64,000 nucleotides of DNA. It comes from Deltaproteobacteria bacterium (GTDB taxonomy: Bacteria > Desulfobacterota > Binatia > Bin18). Below the pieces are notes generated by a model, which did no database searches, had not been told where the DNA came from, and worked only from the letters and a program-made list of their open reading frames with translations. Shown piece by piece: positions 10,568 through 20,334 of this stretch. The stretch is from the NCBI GenBank assembly GCA_016874775.1, contig VGTJ01000002.1, forward strand, positions 8,700 through 72,699, given 5' to 3'. Numbering within the stretch: the first letter of the stretch is position 1; every line of letters begins with the position of its first letter. The position numbers and the translations under genes are program-made.

Positions 10568-11019
10568 GATACTGGACCACGCTTTTCGCGCTCTGTGCGC
10601 TGTTATCGAGCTGCACCTCAACGACCACCAGCTCTCGATCTCTTGACATCTTTGGCAAGGCTTATACCCCTGTCGTTCTTTCCCAAGAATGTAAAGGACT
10701 ACAGGTGAAGTTCTCCTTTGAACGAAAGTCACAAACACTTGCGGCTTACTCGTTACACATTACCGATGAATTCGGACAACCATTGTCCAACATTACGCGC
10801 ATTATTCTGGCGTTTACGCCACTCGATCAAAATGACGACAATACCGTCACACTTGTTGCGCACCAGAATTTTCAAGATGCGACATTGTATGCCCCCAAAA
10901 GTACCTATGCCCCGAATCCAGGCTTATGGAAGGTCGAGGCTTGTGGTCCGCCGCGACCGAGCGAACGACACTCTGTGTACGTTCACCTCAAATCTCTAAT
11001 TGACAGCGTTGTTCCGTAG
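10564..11019 (+). CDS. hypothetical lipoprotein
   Basis: The start ATG overlaps the trmFO stop (ATGA at 10564-10567), which suggests translational coupling. The signal peptide [17 protein letters not shown] carries a lipobox (LSSC). I recognise no conserved domain. Confidence 0.5.
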   Translation: MRYWTTLFALCALLSSCTSTTTSSRSLDIFGKAYTPVVLSQECKGLQVKFSFERKSQTLAAYSLHITDEFGQPLSNITRIILAFTPLDQNDDNTVTLVAHQNFQDATLYAPKSTYAPNPGLWKVEACGPPRPSERHSVYVHLKSLIDSVVP

Positions 11020-11084
11020 GCCTTTCTTTTCTGTTCCCAACCTTGGTAAAGTGCGGGCGATTTTCGCTTGCGAAGGAACCTATT

Positions 11085-12251
11085 ATGGATTTTTCACTGC
11101 TCGAAGAACACCGCATGTTACAAGACACGGTCCGTCGCTTTGTCCGACAGGAACTCTTGCCACTTGAGCCTCTCGTGTTGCAACGTGACACCGAAGGGCA
11201 TACCGGAGAAGATATCCTGCCGCAGGATGTTGAAGAGAAGCTGCTGGTCAAAGCTCAAGAGGCCGGGCTCTGGGGACTCGACGTGCCAGAGGAATTTGGC
11301 GGCCTGAACTTGAGCGCATTGCCCAAATGTCTGGCGAACGAAGAGTTACATAAGACCGTAACGCCATTCATCTTCCCGCCCGATGCCCCCAACTTGCACA
11401 TGTTGATGCAAACCTGCACGCCGGAGCAGCGCGAACGTTATCTCATTCCGTATGCGCAGGGAACGAAGCGTTCGGCGATTGCCATCTCCGAACCAGGAGC
11501 TGGCTCTGACCCAGCAGGAATGCAAACCACTGCGGTCAAAAAAGGTGATCAGTGGGTCATCAATGGTCGTAAAATCTGGATCTCACGCGCCCATGTTGCA
11601 GACTTTATTATCGTCATGGCCGTGACCGACAAGGAGAAACGTGCACGAGGAGGGATCACCGCGTTTCTCGTCGACAAAGACACACCGGGATTGATTCTCC
11701 AACGCCAGATTCCGGTAATCGGTGGCCATGCTCCCTGGGAAATTGTCTTTGAAGATTTGACCCTGCCAGAATCTCAGATCCTTGGTCCCATCGGTCAGGG
11801 GTTCGCACCAATGCAACTGCGCTTGACCGTACGACGGTTAGAGATCGGCACCTGGTGTGTGGGTATGGCCCAGCGTGCGCTCGATATGATGATCGACTAT
11901 GCCAAACAACGAGTGACTTTTGGCCAACGTCTCGCTGACCGACAAGCGGTGCAGTGGTTTATTGCCGACTCAGCAACTGACATCTATGCCTCGCGATTGA
12001 TGACGCATCATGGAGCGTGGAAATTCGATCAAGGAGAAGACGTGCGCCAAGAAGCGTCGATGTTGAAGATTTTTGCGACCGAGATGGCGACCAGGGTTGT
12101 CGATCGTGCCATGCAGGTGCATGGGGGGATGGGAATGTCAAAGGATCTGCCGTTGGAGTTTATGTACCGTCGTCTACGACCGATGCGAATTTTTGAAGGG
12201 CCCACCGAGGTTCATCGCTGGGTGATCGCTCGTTCGCTGCTGAAAGACTAA
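11085..12251 (+). CDS. acyl-CoA dehydrogenase family protein
   Basis: It has the ACAD N-terminal, middle and C-terminal domain pattern. The C-terminus ...IFEGPTEVHRWVIARSLL is typical. The ATG at 11085 follows AAGGA, and the track ORF begins 14 codons upstream. Confidence 0.85.
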   Translation: MDFSLLEEHRMLQDTVRRFVRQELLPLEPLVLQRDTEGHTGEDILPQDVEEKLLVKAQEAGLWGLDVPEEFGGLNLSALPKCLANEELHKTVTPFIFPPDAPNLHMLMQTCTPEQRERYLIPYAQGTKRSAIAISEPGAGSDPAGMQTTAVKKGDQWVINGRKIWISRAHVADFIIVMAVTDKEKRARGGITAFLVDKDTPGLILQRQIPVIGGHAPWEIVFEDLTLPESQILGPIGQGFAPMQLRLTVRRLEIGTWCVGMAQRALDMMIDYAKQRVTFGQRLADRQAVQWFIADSATDIYASRLMTHHGAWKFDQGEDVRQEASMLKIFATEMATRVVDRAMQVHGGMGMSKDLPLEFMYRRLRPMRIFEGPTEVHRWVIARSLLKD

Positions 12252-12326
12252 TGCTCGTCTTCACTCGCAGGAACTTTTACGCGAAGATTACGTTAAATGA
12301 GAGAGCTTTCTACGAAAGGGATACGT

Positions 12327-12593
12327 ATGCAAAAAATCCTGCTGACCGTACTCGTCTTTGGAATACTCTCCACCACAGGCTGCACTGCGGCAAACTCGCA
12401 GAACGTCGCCCGGCAACAAGCGTCCACGTACTACGGTCGCTCCTATGAACAACTGACTCCCCAGGAAAAGATGCGCTTAGAAAACCACCTTTCCCGCCAA
12501 GACGCGGTGGCTTGGAACACAGGCGCGCATGTCGCGTCCGGTGTGGGACGCCTCCTACAAGGAGTCGGAGTGCTAATATGGAGCGTCAGGTAG
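12327..12593 (+). CDS. small secreted/lipoprotein, hypothetical
   Basis: MQKILLTVLVFGILSTTGC is a signal peptide ending in Cys. AAGGGA RBS precedes the ATG at 12327. The protein is about 88 aa with no recognisable domain. Confidence 0.45.
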   Translation: MQKILLTVLVFGILSTTGCTAANSQNVARQQASTYYGRSYEQLTPQEKMRLENHLSRQDAVAWNTGAHVASGVGRLLQGVGVLIWSVR

Positions 12594-12622
12594 AGATCGC
12601 GTACTGACTATTCAGCCCACCA

Positions 12623-12838
12623 TTACGGGTGGGCTTCGTTCTCAGCCAGTATCTCGATTTCATGCGGAAAGACTGGGACAGTGAATCCCTGATCCCAATC
12701 TACCATGACAAGGGTCCGCCCAAGGTTCTCCATTTCATAACGGATCGTCCCCATCGCGGTTCTGACTAAGTCTCCCTCCACCGTCCGAACGAGTTGGTTT
12801 GTCCGGCACCGCCTCCCAGCTTTGCTCCGATCGATCAT
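12623..12838 (-). CDS. small hypothetical protein (71 aa), possibly DUF4926-like
   Basis: A strong RBS AAAGGAG sits 6 nt before the ATG at 12838 on the minus strand. The sequence is MIDRSKAGRRCRTNQLVRTVEGDLVRTAMGTIRYEMENLGRTLVMVDWDQGFTV.... The longer track ORF, which runs to 12925, lacks an RBS. Confidence 0.4.
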   Translation of the reverse strand: MIDRSKAGRRCRTNQLVRTVEGDLVRTAMGTIRYEMENLGRTLVMVDWDQGFTVPVFPHEIEILAENEAHP

Positions 12839-13125
12839 ATAAACTCCTTTCTCGACCGTTGTTATATTTATACCACAGCAAATGACATACCAAAAGACCT
12901 CGTTTTGTTTCGAGAAAAAGCTCAATGAAATTGGAGTTTTTTTCGCCGCAGAGACGATGTTTTCCCAAGGGGCTAAAAAAATAGACAGCGGTGTCTCAAT
13001 TTTTGACAGCGGGGAGACCTAATTTGTCTCATGCTAGAGTTGCATGAGAGGAATTGACGAACTATTGTAATGCCCTTCTCCTTGTTGCGTTCATAGTTGA
13101 TCTTTATTGTAGGAGGGAGCCCATC

Positions 13126-13593
13126 ATGAAAGCTGTTTGTGTCTGGCTATCGTTATTCTGTGGGTTACTCGCACTGAGTTGTGCAGGGAGAATCTATCCA
13201 CCTATTGCGCTCACAAATCGGACCAACACCATTTATCCAGAGCCACGCCCAGAAAACTGCCGACTCACCATTTTGACCAGCCCGCCATCCGAGCCTCATG
13301 AATCTTTTGCGCACATCATTTCATACGCAGGCTCAGCAGAGATGGCCGAAAAGATGGAATCGCTTATCAAAGCCAAAGCGTGTGAGGAAGGCGCAGAGGC
13401 GATCATCCTTCTCCCATTGCAAAAAGTCGATCACGTCAACACTGACAGTATCTATCCCGACTGGGTGACAGTAGGACAATACAGTGATCAAGGTCAGCGG
13501 TTTCAACACTGGCAGGACAAACGGTATTCGGTTGCGCAACGAGCGATTGCGCTAGTGCGGAAACGTGAACCGGTAGCAGCGGAGAATAAGTAA
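13126..13593 (+). CDS. hypothetical lipoprotein
   Basis: AGGAGGGA RBS precedes the ATG at 13126. MKAVCVWLSLFCGLLALSCAG is a signal peptide with a Cys. No domain is recognised. Confidence 0.5.
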   Translation: MKAVCVWLSLFCGLLALSCAGRIYPPIALTNRTNTIYPEPRPENCRLTILTSPPSEPHESFAHIISYAGSAEMAEKMESLIKAKACEEGAEAIILLPLQKVDHVNTDSIYPDWVTVGQYSDQGQRFQHWQDKRYSVAQRAIALVRKREPVAAENK

Positions 13594-13708
13594 CGAGGAG
13601 TGAAAAATTCGCTCATGCCCGGAGCAAAACAGTCAGACACTTGACGATGAACCAAGGGTAACACAGCCAGGATCTTATCCTTGTACCTCTCAGTAGCGAT
13701 CTTGCTCT

Positions 13709-14584
13709 TTACGGCTCTCGTCCTGTTACATCTAGATCCACTTCCTGCACCCCGGTAATTGAAGCAAGCGAAAATAAAGTATCCGCAAGTACCGGATTCA
13801 TATCGACGCGTTCGTAGTAGATACCAACCTCTTGTCCACCTTGGAAATCAGTCAACACAATCTCAAAAGGGAACTCGTGTCCTTGCACGATGCGGTAATC
13901 GGCTAAGGACATCCGAGCAGACACCGTTCCGTCGCTGTTGAGAGTTTCCCAACGCAACAAGTGACGTTTCTTTGCATCGAACGTTAAGGTTTGACTGTTT
14001 CCCCCCTCGTCAGGCACTGAAAGAACATACCAGTCCCGATCGGCATCAAAGCGGACGTTGCTGTTCTCTTCTTGAGGTGTCGAGAGTGGTAGGCCGAACA
14101 ACAAACTCGCAATATCACTGGCAGAGAGCATAATCCGGAGGAAACGCGCAGCGTTTTCTGCACTCGCAGCTCCACGATAGATCGTCTTTTCTTTGGGGAA
14201 ATAGGCAGACAGTCGCTGGCCGTTCGTTGTCACCAAAGCGGCAATTCCGATCGGAGAAAAGAGTTCCACACGAGTGCGATCGGGAGCAACAACGGCAACG
14301 GCTTGTCGTGCCGTCCCCTTTTCCTCACGATCTTTGTAGGTCACTCGGGTTAAGCCTCGCAGGCTTGTCAATTGTTGTTGGCGCAAGCGTAACGGGGCAA
14401 GGAGCTGCGCTGCCGTTGGTATCCCTGAACCTGTAGGAGTTTCCCCTGACGTAACAGGTGGGGTCGAGGGAAGCGGTTGACGTGGGGCACAGCTGGTAAC
14501 AATGGCGAATAGGAAGAAACAAGCGACAGTAAACGTCCGAAGTCCAGAGTCCGAAGTCCAGGGGCGGCGAGAGAAAAGCGGCAT
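13709..14584 (-). CDS. lipoprotein, possibly LolA-fold (DUF4292-like), partner of the downstream TPR lipoprotein
   Basis: The signal peptide ends ...AIVTSC, with lipobox VTSC. The protein is about 290 aa. It lies immediately upstream of, and on the same strand as, the TPR lipoprotein gene. The family assignment comes from size and context only. Confidence 0.45.
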   Translation of the reverse strand: MPLFSRRPWTSDSGLRTFTVACFFLFAIVTSCAPRQPLPSTPPVTSGETPTGSGIPTAAQLLAPLRLRQQQLTSLRGLTRVTYKDREEKGTARQAVAVVAPDRTRVELFSPIGIAALVTTNGQRLSAYFPKEKTIYRGAASAENAARFLRIMLSASDIASLLFGLPLSTPQEENSNVRFDADRDWYVLSVPDEGGNSQTLTFDAKKRHLLRWETLNSDGTVSARMSLADYRIVQGHEFPFEIVLTDFQGGQEVGIYYERVDMNPVLADTLFSLASITGVQEVDLDVTGREP

Positions 14585-14660
14585 GAGATGTTAACGTGGC
14601 GTCGAACTTCCCACCCGTACCGAGTTCATCACGCGTGCAGCTCCTCGCCGGAACAGTCAG

Positions 14661-16442
14661 TTAGATTCCGTCACTGATGGCTTTTTTATCGCTCGCGATG
14701 GTATCGATTTTTCCTCGCAACCGTTGAGTTTGGCTTTCTTCTTTGGCGTGTGCGAGGGCTTCACGATATGCACGTGCAGCATCCATCGTGCGTCCGACTT
14801 TTTCGTACGCATCACCGAGATGCTCATTGACCGTTGGGTCCTGCCCCACAAGTTCAGCCGCCCGTTCTAACTGCTGGACAGCTTTGGCATACTCACCACG
14901 CTGGTAATACACCCACCCTAAGCTATCGATATAGAACCCGTCGTTAGGTTCTACCTGGAGTGCTTGGCGAATGAGTTTTTCCGCCTCATCGAGACGCACT
15001 CCTTGTTCAGCCCACGTATAGCCCAGATAGTTGAGGGCAGCCGCGTTTTTGGGATTCAACTTAATTGCCTGCTCCATATTGAGGATACAGTTCTGCTTAT
15101 CCTTCGTTTCATCGTACACAGCACCCAGAGTGAAATAAAACTGATCGTTCTCTGGGTTCAACGAGATCATATTTTTCAGAATCTCAATTGCTTTCTCACG
15201 ATCTCCCTTTTCTCGCTGGAGCGATGCCAAGAATCCCAAAAGATCAAGGTCATCTTTCTTCGCTGCAAGTGCTTTATCGGCTTCGCCGATTGCCTCATCC
15301 AATTTTCCCTGCCGTTGATACACATAACTGAGATACAGTCGTGCATCAGGGTAGTATTCCGATCCTGTAGCGATACGATTCAGTTCCGCAATCGCTTTGT
15401 CGTACTCTTTGCCTTCTGTGTAAACGACACCAAGAAAGTAACGTGCACGTTCATTGTCCGGCTGGGCGGCAAGGGCCAGGCTTAGTTCGGTCTCCGCCTT
15501 CTGATATTCCCCTTTCTCACGATAAATGAGGCCAATGCGGACTCTGGTTTCTTGCGGGTCGGCTTCAATTTTTTCGAGTTCGCGATACTGCAGCAGTGCA
15601 TCATCTAATTTCTTCTGCCCCACGTAAAACCCACCGAGTCGTTTGCGCACTTGCGCGCTTTGTGGGTTTAACGACAGCGCCTTCTGGTAGATCTCCATGG
15701 CCTTTTCTGGCTTTTTCTGTAACTCGTAGACCAATGCCAGATCGAGCATGACCAGTTCTGACTGAGGATTCAGCTTGAGCGCTCTTTGGTAGTAGGACTC
15801 TGCTTTGTCAAATTGATTAGCGGCAGCATGCACCTGGCCTAGATAATACAAGCCTAGGATCGATCGCGGGTGCACATCCATCAATTTATTGAGAACGGCG
15901 ATCGCTTTGTCAAATTTCCCTTGCTTGGCATAGAGAGTACCAAGATAGAGGTACGGCTCTTGGTTCCGTGGTGAACGTGCCAGGACAGCCTCGTACAACT
16001 TGGCAGCTTCCTCTTCTTGGTTCATGGAAGAGAGAAGTCCAGCCATTAGCAACTCAGCTTCAGCGTTGTTCGGGTCTTGTTCTCTCACCTTCCGACAATG
16101 CTCAAGCGCTTCCGCCAGCTTCCCTTTACGAACATAGAGTTTGGCAAGCTGTAAGCGCAGAAAGGTACTTGCCGGGTCATTAGTCACTGCTTGTTCAAAT
16201 GCCGGAAGTGCAACTTCAGAATCCCCTCGATCAAGCGCGACTTTCCCCTTGAGAAAATTTCCCAGGGCGCGGTCGGCTGGGGAGAGAACGACAGGCTCAC
16301 CAGGAATCTTGAAGACTGGAGGAGCGACAGGAGGAGGCGGGGGAGGAGGAGCCGGACGAAAGGCTGCACAGCCAGACACCGAAAGACCGACAAGGAAAGA
16401 AAAAACGACACGGCACATAACCGTGGCTGTCTTTACAAACAT
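14661..16442 (-). CDS. tetratricopeptide-repeat (TPR) lipoprotein
   Basis: The signal peptide MFVKTATVMCRVVFSFLVGLSVSGC has lipobox VSGC. A poly-Pro stretch (PAPPPPPPPVAPP) follows. Then come more than 12 TPR units, recognisable by the repeated (L/Y)G..Y...G.Y..A pattern. Confidence 0.85.
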   Translation of the reverse strand: MFVKTATVMCRVVFSFLVGLSVSGCAAFRPAPPPPPPPVAPPVFKIPGEPVVLSPADRALGNFLKGKVALDRGDSEVALPAFEQAVTNDPASTFLRLQLAKLYVRKGKLAEALEHCRKVREQDPNNAEAELLMAGLLSSMNQEEEAAKLYEAVLARSPRNQEPYLYLGTLYAKQGKFDKAIAVLNKLMDVHPRSILGLYYLGQVHAAANQFDKAESYYQRALKLNPQSELVMLDLALVYELQKKPEKAMEIYQKALSLNPQSAQVRKRLGGFYVGQKKLDDALLQYRELEKIEADPQETRVRIGLIYREKGEYQKAETELSLALAAQPDNERARYFLGVVYTEGKEYDKAIAELNRIATGSEYYPDARLYLSYVYQRQGKLDEAIGEADKALAAKKDDLDLLGFLASLQREKGDREKAIEILKNMISLNPENDQFYFTLGAVYDETKDKQNCILNMEQAIKLNPKNAAALNYLGYTWAEQGVRLDEAEKLIRQALQVEPNDGFYIDSLGWVYYQRGEYAKAVQQLERAAELVGQDPTVNEHLGDAYEKVGRTMDAARAYREALAHAKEESQTQRLRGKIDTIASDKKAISDGI

Positions 16443-16474
16443 GGAGAAACCCTAGCACGTCGAGAAATGTACGG

Positions 16475-18670
16475 TCAATGTATGAAACTGGTTCGTAACC
16501 CACGAGGGAACACCACCACGACAGTACAAGGGACTTGATTGACGATTTGCTCGGTTCCTTGACTCAATATCGTTCCGGCGCGGCCCGAGCGACTCTCTAC
16601 CCCCAAGACAACCAGGTCATAACTACCACTGCGAGCTTCCCGGAGAATCTCCTCAGTCGGGCGCGCCCCCTCAATCACTTTAGCTGCCAAGCGTAGTTCA
16701 GGTTTCACTCCTGTGGGGCGCATCTCCCACAGCATGGTGTCAGCCATCATTTTCAGGACATTTTCCTCAAGTCCGTCTTGTCTTCGGCGAAACCAGCGAA
16801 ATCGCTGCGGTTCTGGGGACGGCAAGACATGCAACAACGTCACTTGCGCGCCGACGTCTTCGGCATACATAGCAGCGAATTCGACCGCAAGCTGTGAATA
16901 GACGTCGTCAGCCGTAGGCACAAGAATATGCTCGTAGCGTGGCTTTTCATCTCGTGCTTTAACAATAGCAACATGCGTTGGTGGGTCTTTTAAAATCTCG
17001 CCAAGAAACTCTCCCCCTAGCGGATTCTGATATCCAGACGCTCCCAACAGGATCAAGTCGTATCCACGCTGAGCCTCACGTCGGACCAGTTCCCCTTCTC
17101 GCATGCCATCCGCCGAAATGACACGTTTCTCAATCGTCACGCCAAAATCCTGAGCTATGCGTTGCAACGCAAAGAGCGGCTCTCCTTCAACAGACGGGGC
17201 CCTCTCTCGCCACCATCGTCGCAGGACGCCAAAGCTCTGCGACGGATCTTTTCCGACGAACAAGGTTGTGATTCGCGCTTCGGCATTCGTTGCCAGCGGT
17301 GCAGCCATACGCATGGCGGTCTGGGCATTGGGTCCACCGGCTGCTGGAAGCAGCACGCGAAGCGTACGCTTGTTAAAAATTCCCCGTTGGACCGTCGTGA
17401 GTCCCAGCCGTTCTTGTTCTTCACTGGAGAGAGGGATGTGTTGCAGTGCCCATTGCAACAAAGGCGGAGCCATAAACGACGTCACCATCGCCATCAACAC
17501 AAGGCTGCTATAGACTTCTGGTCCAAGAATTCCCGCAGTCAGCCCAATCAACGCCACAATGAGTTCCATACCTCCGCGTGCATTCATGCCAATGCCGATC
17601 GAGAATGACTCCCACCACGGCAGGCGTCCTAACAACCCACCGAGGGTACAACCGATTAATTTCCCGGCGCAGGCAACTACAATAACGGCAACAATCAGGC
17701 CCCAATCGCTTAAGAGCGTGAGGTTCACCCGTAACCCGACAAAGGCAAAAAAGACCGGCGTAAATGCGCCATGTACGACACCAACTAACTTCTCCAGAGC
17801 ATTGGCACGTACACGCGGAGATTGCGCCAACATCACGCCAGCAACAAAAGCGCCAAAAACCGCATGGATGCCGATGGCTTCGGTAATTGCTGAACAGATC
17901 AACGTAACCACCAACACCGCAGTGATATGGCCTTCCTCGACGAGTACCCGTTCATCAACCCACCGCATCAGGCGACGGACAAGGTGTACCCCAAACACAA
18001 GCGCCACAAGCACAAAAACTGCAGTACTCCCAACGGCAACAGCCACATCGCGAAAATCGAGAACACCTTTCGTGGTCATGCCAATCAGAGTTGACAAGAT
18101 GAGCCATCCAGCGATGTCGTCAACGATGGCCGATCCCATAATAATCGCGCCGATATTGCGGCGCAGCATATTGAGGTCCATGAGAATCTTGGCAATCACC
18201 GGTACGGCAGAGATTGCCATCGCCGTTCCCATGAATAGATGAAAAACCACTCGCTGCTCTGGACGCGCAACCAGGCGGTCGGGGATCATGGTTCCGAGAA
18301 TGTAACCAAGAGTGAAAGGCAGAAGAATACCGAAGAGTGAGGCAAGTGCTGCTGGTCGGCCAAGTTTGCGTAGAATGGTGATATCGGTTTCAAGTCCAGT
18401 CAGCAGCAGCAGGAAAATCATGCCCAGCCAGGAGATCAATTCGAGCAGTTGATATTGCAACGCATCACGGGGAAAGAGCGCGAGAGAAACCTCGGGGAGC
18501 AGCCACCCCAACAAGGAAGGGCCAAGAACGATCCCAGCCAATAACTCACCAAAGACGGGTGGCTGGCCATAGCGCTTCATCATCTCACCGAACAAACGAG
18601 CGCTAGCCAACAATACAGCGAACTGCACAAGGAACAGAAAGATCTGATGCGCACTAATCGGAGCAATCAT
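16475..18670 (-). CDS. CPA2-family monovalent cation:proton antiporter (KefB/NhaP-like) fused to two C-terminal universal-stress-protein (USP) domains
   Basis: The N-terminal ~400 aa are polytopic membrane, with GELLAGIVLGPSLLG as the CPA2 signature. The C-terminal ~300 aa contain two USP-like alpha/beta units (VLLPAAGGPNA..., ILVPTADD...VVLGVESRSG). Confidence 0.8.
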   Translation of the reverse strand: MIAPISAHQIFLFLVQFAVLLASARLFGEMMKRYGQPPVFGELLAGIVLGPSLLGWLLPEVSLALFPRDALQYQLLELISWLGMIFLLLLTGLETDITILRKLGRPAALASLFGILLPFTLGYILGTMIPDRLVARPEQRVVFHLFMGTAMAISAVPVIAKILMDLNMLRRNIGAIIMGSAIVDDIAGWLILSTLIGMTTKGVLDFRDVAVAVGSTAVFVLVALVFGVHLVRRLMRWVDERVLVEEGHITAVLVVTLICSAITEAIGIHAVFGAFVAGVMLAQSPRVRANALEKLVGVVHGAFTPVFFAFVGLRVNLTLLSDWGLIVAVIVVACAGKLIGCTLGGLLGRLPWWESFSIGIGMNARGGMELIVALIGLTAGILGPEVYSSLVLMAMVTSFMAPPLLQWALQHIPLSSEEQERLGLTTVQRGIFNKRTLRVLLPAAGGPNAQTAMRMAAPLATNAEARITTLFVGKDPSQSFGVLRRWWRERAPSVEGEPLFALQRIAQDFGVTIEKRVISADGMREGELVRREAQRGYDLILLGASGYQNPLGGEFLGEILKDPPTHVAIVKARDEKPRYEHILVPTADDVYSQLAVEFAAMYAEDVGAQVTLLHVLPSPEPQRFRWFRRRQDGLEENVLKMMADTMLWEMRPTGVKPELRLAAKVIEGARPTEEILREARSGSYDLVVLGVESRSGRAGTILSQGTEQIVNQVPCTVVVVFPRGLRTSFIH

Positions 18671-18813
18671 GCTAGAGCGATTCCCACCTCGCCCTCCACC
18701 TTACACGGATGGGATACGCAATCAAAAGCCCCGTCATAAATTGTCTTGTCACATTCCGGCGGGTCACATCTGTCCCATGATTCACATCGTGGGCTGAAAT
18801 ATATCGTCATGCT

Positions 18814-19085
18814 CCACGGTTAACACCGTGGGCTATAATCTGCCGCCTCTCCGAGGCTCATGAAGAAGTGACAATTCACCAACGAGCCCCGTTAGGGGCG
18901 ACATAATGCAGCCCATAGCGTGAGCTATGGGGAATCGGCAAATGACACGATCGTCATTCTCGCCAACGCCCCCACGGTTAACACCGTGGGCTGTATAATG
19001 TCGCCCTTCCAGGGCTCAACGAACCTCGCTAGGGGTGACACAATACAGCCCACAGCGTGAGCTGTGGGTAACTGTGGGGAACCGT
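18814..19085 (+). repeat. two tandem copies (~157 bp each) of a hairpin-rich intergenic element, REP-like or a candidate structured RNA
   Basis: Copy 1 spans 18814-18970 and copy 2 spans 18971-19085. Each starts with the perfect palindrome CCACGGTTAACACCGTGG. Three further hairpins follow in each copy. Their stems differ between copies by compensatory changes: GCCTC/GAGGC versus GCCCT/AGGGC, and CCCATAGC-GTGA-GCTATGGG versus CCCACAGC-GTGA-GCTGTGGG. The GTGA loop is a GNRA tetraloop on the plus strand. Confidence 0.6.
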
Positions 19086-19089
19086 GAGA

Positions 19090-20223
19090 TTATTTCCCAG
19101 CCCGCACCGGTGCCGATGCGTTGACATCCACCGCAGTGCGACGTGGTTGCGGCGATGGTTTCCAACTCTTAATTTCTGGCCCGACTTCTTTGGCGAACAA
19201 CTTCATGCAGGCTTCAACTTGGTCGTACGGAATACTCTGGTAGCTGAAAGCACCGTTAACTTCAAAGTCACCAATCAGTTCACGGCGCTTGCGCAGCTTG
19301 GCAATAATCATGTCCGGGGTGCCCCACAGGTTGGCACTGAGAAAATCTTCAACTACTGCGTCTTGCCCTGCAGCCTTCATTGCCTCTGACGCTTTGGCAT
19401 AATGTTGGTATGAATTGCCAGTACCAGAGAAATGGTCACCGAGCATTTCGTAATGTTCCATGACACTGAAGTAGTAGCCAACGATCTTTTCGCGCGCGAC
19501 TTCTTCAGCTTTCTTCTTATCTGTGTAACAGGAGACGAAATCGGCAATGTGAATCGGTGGTGCTTCCTCACCATTATTCTTCTGGCGATATTCTTCGCGA
19601 TACGCCCAGATGACGTCCGCGACTTTTTCCCACGACATCTGCGAAAACAACATCGCGCCAAGACCGAGTGACGCCGCAACCGAGAATGACTCAGGCGACA
19701 TGCACACCATGTAACGACGACCTTTGAAGCTCTTGATCGGGCGTGGGCGCACTTCAATGCGGCTCTGGGGATAGTATTTGCCGTTCCCTTCAACAAAGCC
19801 AGTTTCCAAGCCTTTCACGATCATCTCAGAGGCCTCGTTAAAACGATCACGGGCTTCGGACATCTCGACACCCATGCCTCGATACTCACGACGGGCGAGG
19901 CCGCGCCCCAATCCCAGAACAGCACGACCATCAGATAGATGATCCAACAAAACCATTTTCTCGACCACGCGCATTGGATTGTTCCACGGCACGATAATGG
20001 CACCAGTCGCCAGTTCCATGCGCTCGGTCCGTGCCGCGATGTAGCTCAGATACTGCATGTTGTCCGGGCAAATTGAGTAATCAAAGAAGTGATGTTCCAC
20101 TGGCCACAGAATGTCGTAGCCCCAGCCTTCTGCTTCAATCGCTAGACGCAGCTCGTGCTTATACATCTCGCGGTCGGAGTAATCCTTGTGATTCTGGATA
20201 ACCATCTGAATGCCAACTCTCAT
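19090..20223 (-). CDS. LLM-class (luciferase-like) flavin-dependent oxidoreductase
   Basis: MRVGIQMVIQNHKDYSDREMYKHELRLAIEAEGWGYDILWPVEHHF is the typical bacterial luciferase-like monooxygenase TIM-barrel N-terminus. Confidence 0.8.
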   Translation of the reverse strand: MRVGIQMVIQNHKDYSDREMYKHELRLAIEAEGWGYDILWPVEHHFFDYSICPDNMQYLSYIAARTERMELATGAIIVPWNNPMRVVEKMVLLDHLSDGRAVLGLGRGLARREYRGMGVEMSEARDRFNEASEMIVKGLETGFVEGNGKYYPQSRIEVRPRPIKSFKGRRYMVCMSPESFSVAASLGLGAMLFSQMSWEKVADVIWAYREEYRQKNNGEEAPPIHIADFVSCYTDKKKAEEVAREKIVGYYFSVMEHYEMLGDHFSGTGNSYQHYAKASEAMKAAGQDAVVEDFLSANLWGTPDMIIAKLRKRRELIGDFEVNGAFSYQSIPYDQVEACMKLFAKEVGPEIKSWKPSPQPRRTAVDVNASAPVRAGK

Positions 20224-20334
20224 GTCGATTCCTTTCGTGTCACTCCGCGCGAGGCTTTAGCAGGATACCAGGCGGGAGCAGAAGAATTTCTGGGAAGGCT
20301 ACCTTAATCAGATAGCGAGAGCAAGAAGAAGCGC

